Part shown: piece after piece, positions 62,188 to 64,000 of the stretch
How the letters are laid out: each line of letters opens with the position of its first letter
Position numbering within the stretch: the stretch's first letter is position 1
Source: an uncultured Pseudomonadales bacterium
GTDB lineage: Bacteria; Pseudomonadota; Gammaproteobacteria; Pseudomonadales; JAHEIH01
Length of the DNA: 64,000 nucleotides
Direction: 5' to 3'
Assembly (NCBI GenBank): GCA_964598145.1
Contig: CAZRAM010000006.1
Location: 84,440 to 148,439 of the forward strand
Position numbers and translations under genes: made by a program
The notes under the pieces: generated by a model
Told to the model about the DNA's origin: nothing
The model's database searches: none
Seen by the model: the letters and a program-made list of their open reading frames with translations, nothing else

Positions 62188-64000
62188 ATGCGCCAATGGT
62201 TGTTTTTATTGATCTCCGCCGCGCTTTCTTGCAGTGCGCTGGCTGAGCAATATAGTGTCGAATCACCTGACCGTGATATCCGCGTGGTAGTCGATATCAC
62301 CGCCGGGAAACCCACTTATAGCGTGACATACAAGGGTGCATCAGTGATCCGCCCGTCCAATTTGGGTTTCGAAATACGCGACCAGGCTTCGCTGCAGGGT
62401 AACTTGCTGGTCGTGGCTGAAGACCGTGAAGCCATCCGTCAACAGTGGCAAACGGTGTGGGGGGAGCGGTTACAAATTGACGACTACTACAACGAGCTAT
62501 CCTTACAATTGCGTGAACAAAGTGGTGACAAGCGCAGCCTGAGTCTGATCTTCCGCGTTTATGACGATGGCCTTGGTTTCCGCTACGAATTCCCTGAACA
62601 AGCCAATCTGCAAGACTTCATTATTGACGAAGAACTCACCGAGTTCGCCTTTGCGCAAAATTATCAGTCTTGGTGGATTCCCGCTTACCGCAATCAACGC
62701 TACGAGTACCAGTACCTTCGCTCGGCGGTGAGCTCGATAGATGTGGCGCACACGCCGCTAACCTTGGAAGGCGATGGTATTGCCATCGCTGTGCACGAGG
62801 CGGCTTTGGTGGATTACGCCTCGATGACCTTGCGCAATATTGACGACAATCAAAAGGTGTTCCGCGCCGATCTGGTGCCTTGGTCGAATGGCGTGCGCGT
62901 GTATGCCAGTGCGCCGATGAAAACCCCTTGGCGAACCATTCAAATTGCTGACAGCGCGGTTGAATTGATGAATTCTGATTTGTTGCTCAACCTCAATGAA
63001 CCTAACAAGCTAGGCGATGTGTCGAGTTACGTGAAACCCGGTAAGTACATGGGTATTTGGTGGGAAATGCACACCGGCTTAGCCAACTGGAGCCCAGGTC
63101 CTGATCAAGGTGCTACCACGGCTCGCGCCAAGCAATACATCGACTTTGCCGCCGAACACGATATCGACGGTGTATTGGTGGAAGGTTGGAATAAAGGCTG
63201 GGAAGGCGAATGGTGGCGCCGTGAACCTACGTTTCTGTTCGATCAACCGGTGGATGGTTTCGACATCGAAGAAGTCAGCCGCTATGCGCAAGAAAAAGGC
63301 CTACGTTTAATCGGACACCACGAGACCGCGGCGGGAATCAGCCACTACGAAGCGCAGATGGAACGCGCCTTCGCCTATTATCAGAAGCTGGGTATTACCT
63401 CGGTGAAGATGGGTTACGTGGGCACGCGATTGGAACACGGTAAAGAGTGGCACCACGGACAGTTTATGGTGCGTCACTTCCAAAAAGTGGTTGAGACTGC
63501 GGCTAAATACGGCGTGATGGTTAACGCCCATGAAACCATTAAGGACACTGGCTTGCGTCGCACCTACCCGAACCTGATGACGCGCGAGAGTGTGCGCGGT
63601 ATGGAGTACAACGGCGGCAGCCCCGATACCGGTAACCTGCCGAATCACACCGTGTTGTTCCCCTTTACCCGCGGTTTGTCTGGCCCGACCGACTTTACCC
63701 CAGGCGTGTTTAAGTTTGATTACCAAAAGCATCGCCCCTTCAACCGCGTGCCGACCACGCTGGCAAAACAGCTGGCACTCTATGTCACTATTTATAGCCC
63801 GCTGCAGATGGCGGCCGATTTACCAGAGCACTATCAGGGTCACCCTGCCTTTAAATTCATCGACGATGTTCCCGCGGATTGGAGCGAAAGCATTGCGTTG
63901 GCGGGTGAGGTAGGGGAGTACTTGGTATTTGCCCGTAAAGACCGCCACAGTGATGACTGGTACGTCGGCGCTGCTAGCAACGAATTGCCTCGCCAGTACG
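62188..64000 (+). CDS. Glycoside hydrolase family 97 alpha-glucosidase (SusB-like), 3' end outside the window
   Basis: Not in the supplied ORF track because it has no stop in the window. My translation from ATG 62188 (GGAG 7 nt upstream) is open to base 64000. Signal peptide MRQWLFLLISAALSCSALA. GH97-like blocks include KTPWRTIQIA, GIWWEMH, LVEGWNKGWEGEWW, IGHHET, VKMGYVG, VNAHE and MTRESVRGMEYN. Confidence 0.85.
   Translation, partial: MRQWLFLLISAALSCSALAEQYSVESPDRDIRVVVDITAGKPTYSVTYKGASVIRPSNLGFEIRDQASLQGNLLVVAEDREAIRQQWQTVWGERLQIDDYYNELSLQLREQSGDKRSLSLIFRVYDDGLGFRYEFPEQANLQDFIIDEELTEFAFAQNYQSWWIPAYRNQRYEYQYLRSAVSSIDVAHTPLTLEGDGIAIAVHEAALVDYASMTLRNIDDNQKVFRADLVPWSNGVRVYASAPMKTPWRTIQIADSAVELMNSDLLLNLNEPNKLGDVSSYVKPGKYMGIWWEMHTGLANWSPGPDQGATTARAKQYIDFAAEHDIDGVLVEGWNKGWEGEWWRREPTFLFDQPVDGFDIEEVSRYAQEKGLRLIGHHETAAGISHYEAQMERAFAYYQKLGITSVKMGYVGTRLEHGKEWHHGQFMVRHFQKVVETAAKYGVMVNAHETIKDTGLRRTYPNLMTRESVRGMEYNGGSPDTGNLPNHTVLFPFTRGLSGPTDFTPGVFKFDYQKHRPFNRVPTTLAKQLALYVTIYSPLQMAADLPEHYQGHPAFKFIDDVPADWSESIALAGEVGEYLVFARKDRHSDDWYVGAASNELPRQY

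Noticed and set aside
62112-62315. 67-aa minus-strand ORF overlapping the GH97 start. It ends in an AAGGAG...ATG-TAA arrangement.
   Set aside because: It lies antisense to the well-supported GH97 N-terminus and is not protein-like. The apparent SD plus start-stop is most simply a coincidence.

Overview
This window is a moderately GC-rich, tightly packed chromosomal segment of a gammaproteobacterium. By gene order it resembles Pseudomonadales/Cellvibrionales. From memory, the order topA...lexA, mfd, gap, nqrA-F/apbE/nqrM, PilZ, lolCDE, comEC, exbBD, lpxK, kdsB, ptp, murB mirrors the P. aeruginosa PA3011-PA2977 region, and smc-zipA-ligA is also conserved. Most of the window is housekeeping: DNA repair and topology, Na+-NQR, Lol and LPS export, cell division. 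I saw no tRNA, rRNA, CRISPR, IS or integrase.

The less ordinary content is:
1. A LysR plus gamma-butyrobetaine-hydroxylase-like dioxygenase plus six-ligand HD-protein cassette (9.05-11.8 kb), wedged between the topA-linked ORFs and lexA. It matches the PhnY*/PhnZ and TmpA/TmpB oxidative phosphonate-cleavage paradigm.
2. A more AT-rich accessory stretch (about 54.5-64 kb). It holds a CHASE-domain hybrid histidine kinase broken by one in-frame TAG. It also has three tandem, individually terminated paralogs of a small secreted two-cysteine protein, separated by very AT-rich spacers that carry strand-asymmetric tracts and a recurring heptamer.
3. An orphan terminator with a promoter-like element upstream of slyD.
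4. A GH13/GH97 alpha-glucan locus. The GH97 gene runs off the window and is absent from the supplied ORF track.

Seven convergent gene pairs have overlapping or abutting stop codons. Gene starts were adjusted where an internal start with a Shine-Dalgarno or a homolog-like N-terminus was clearly better than the longest ORF.
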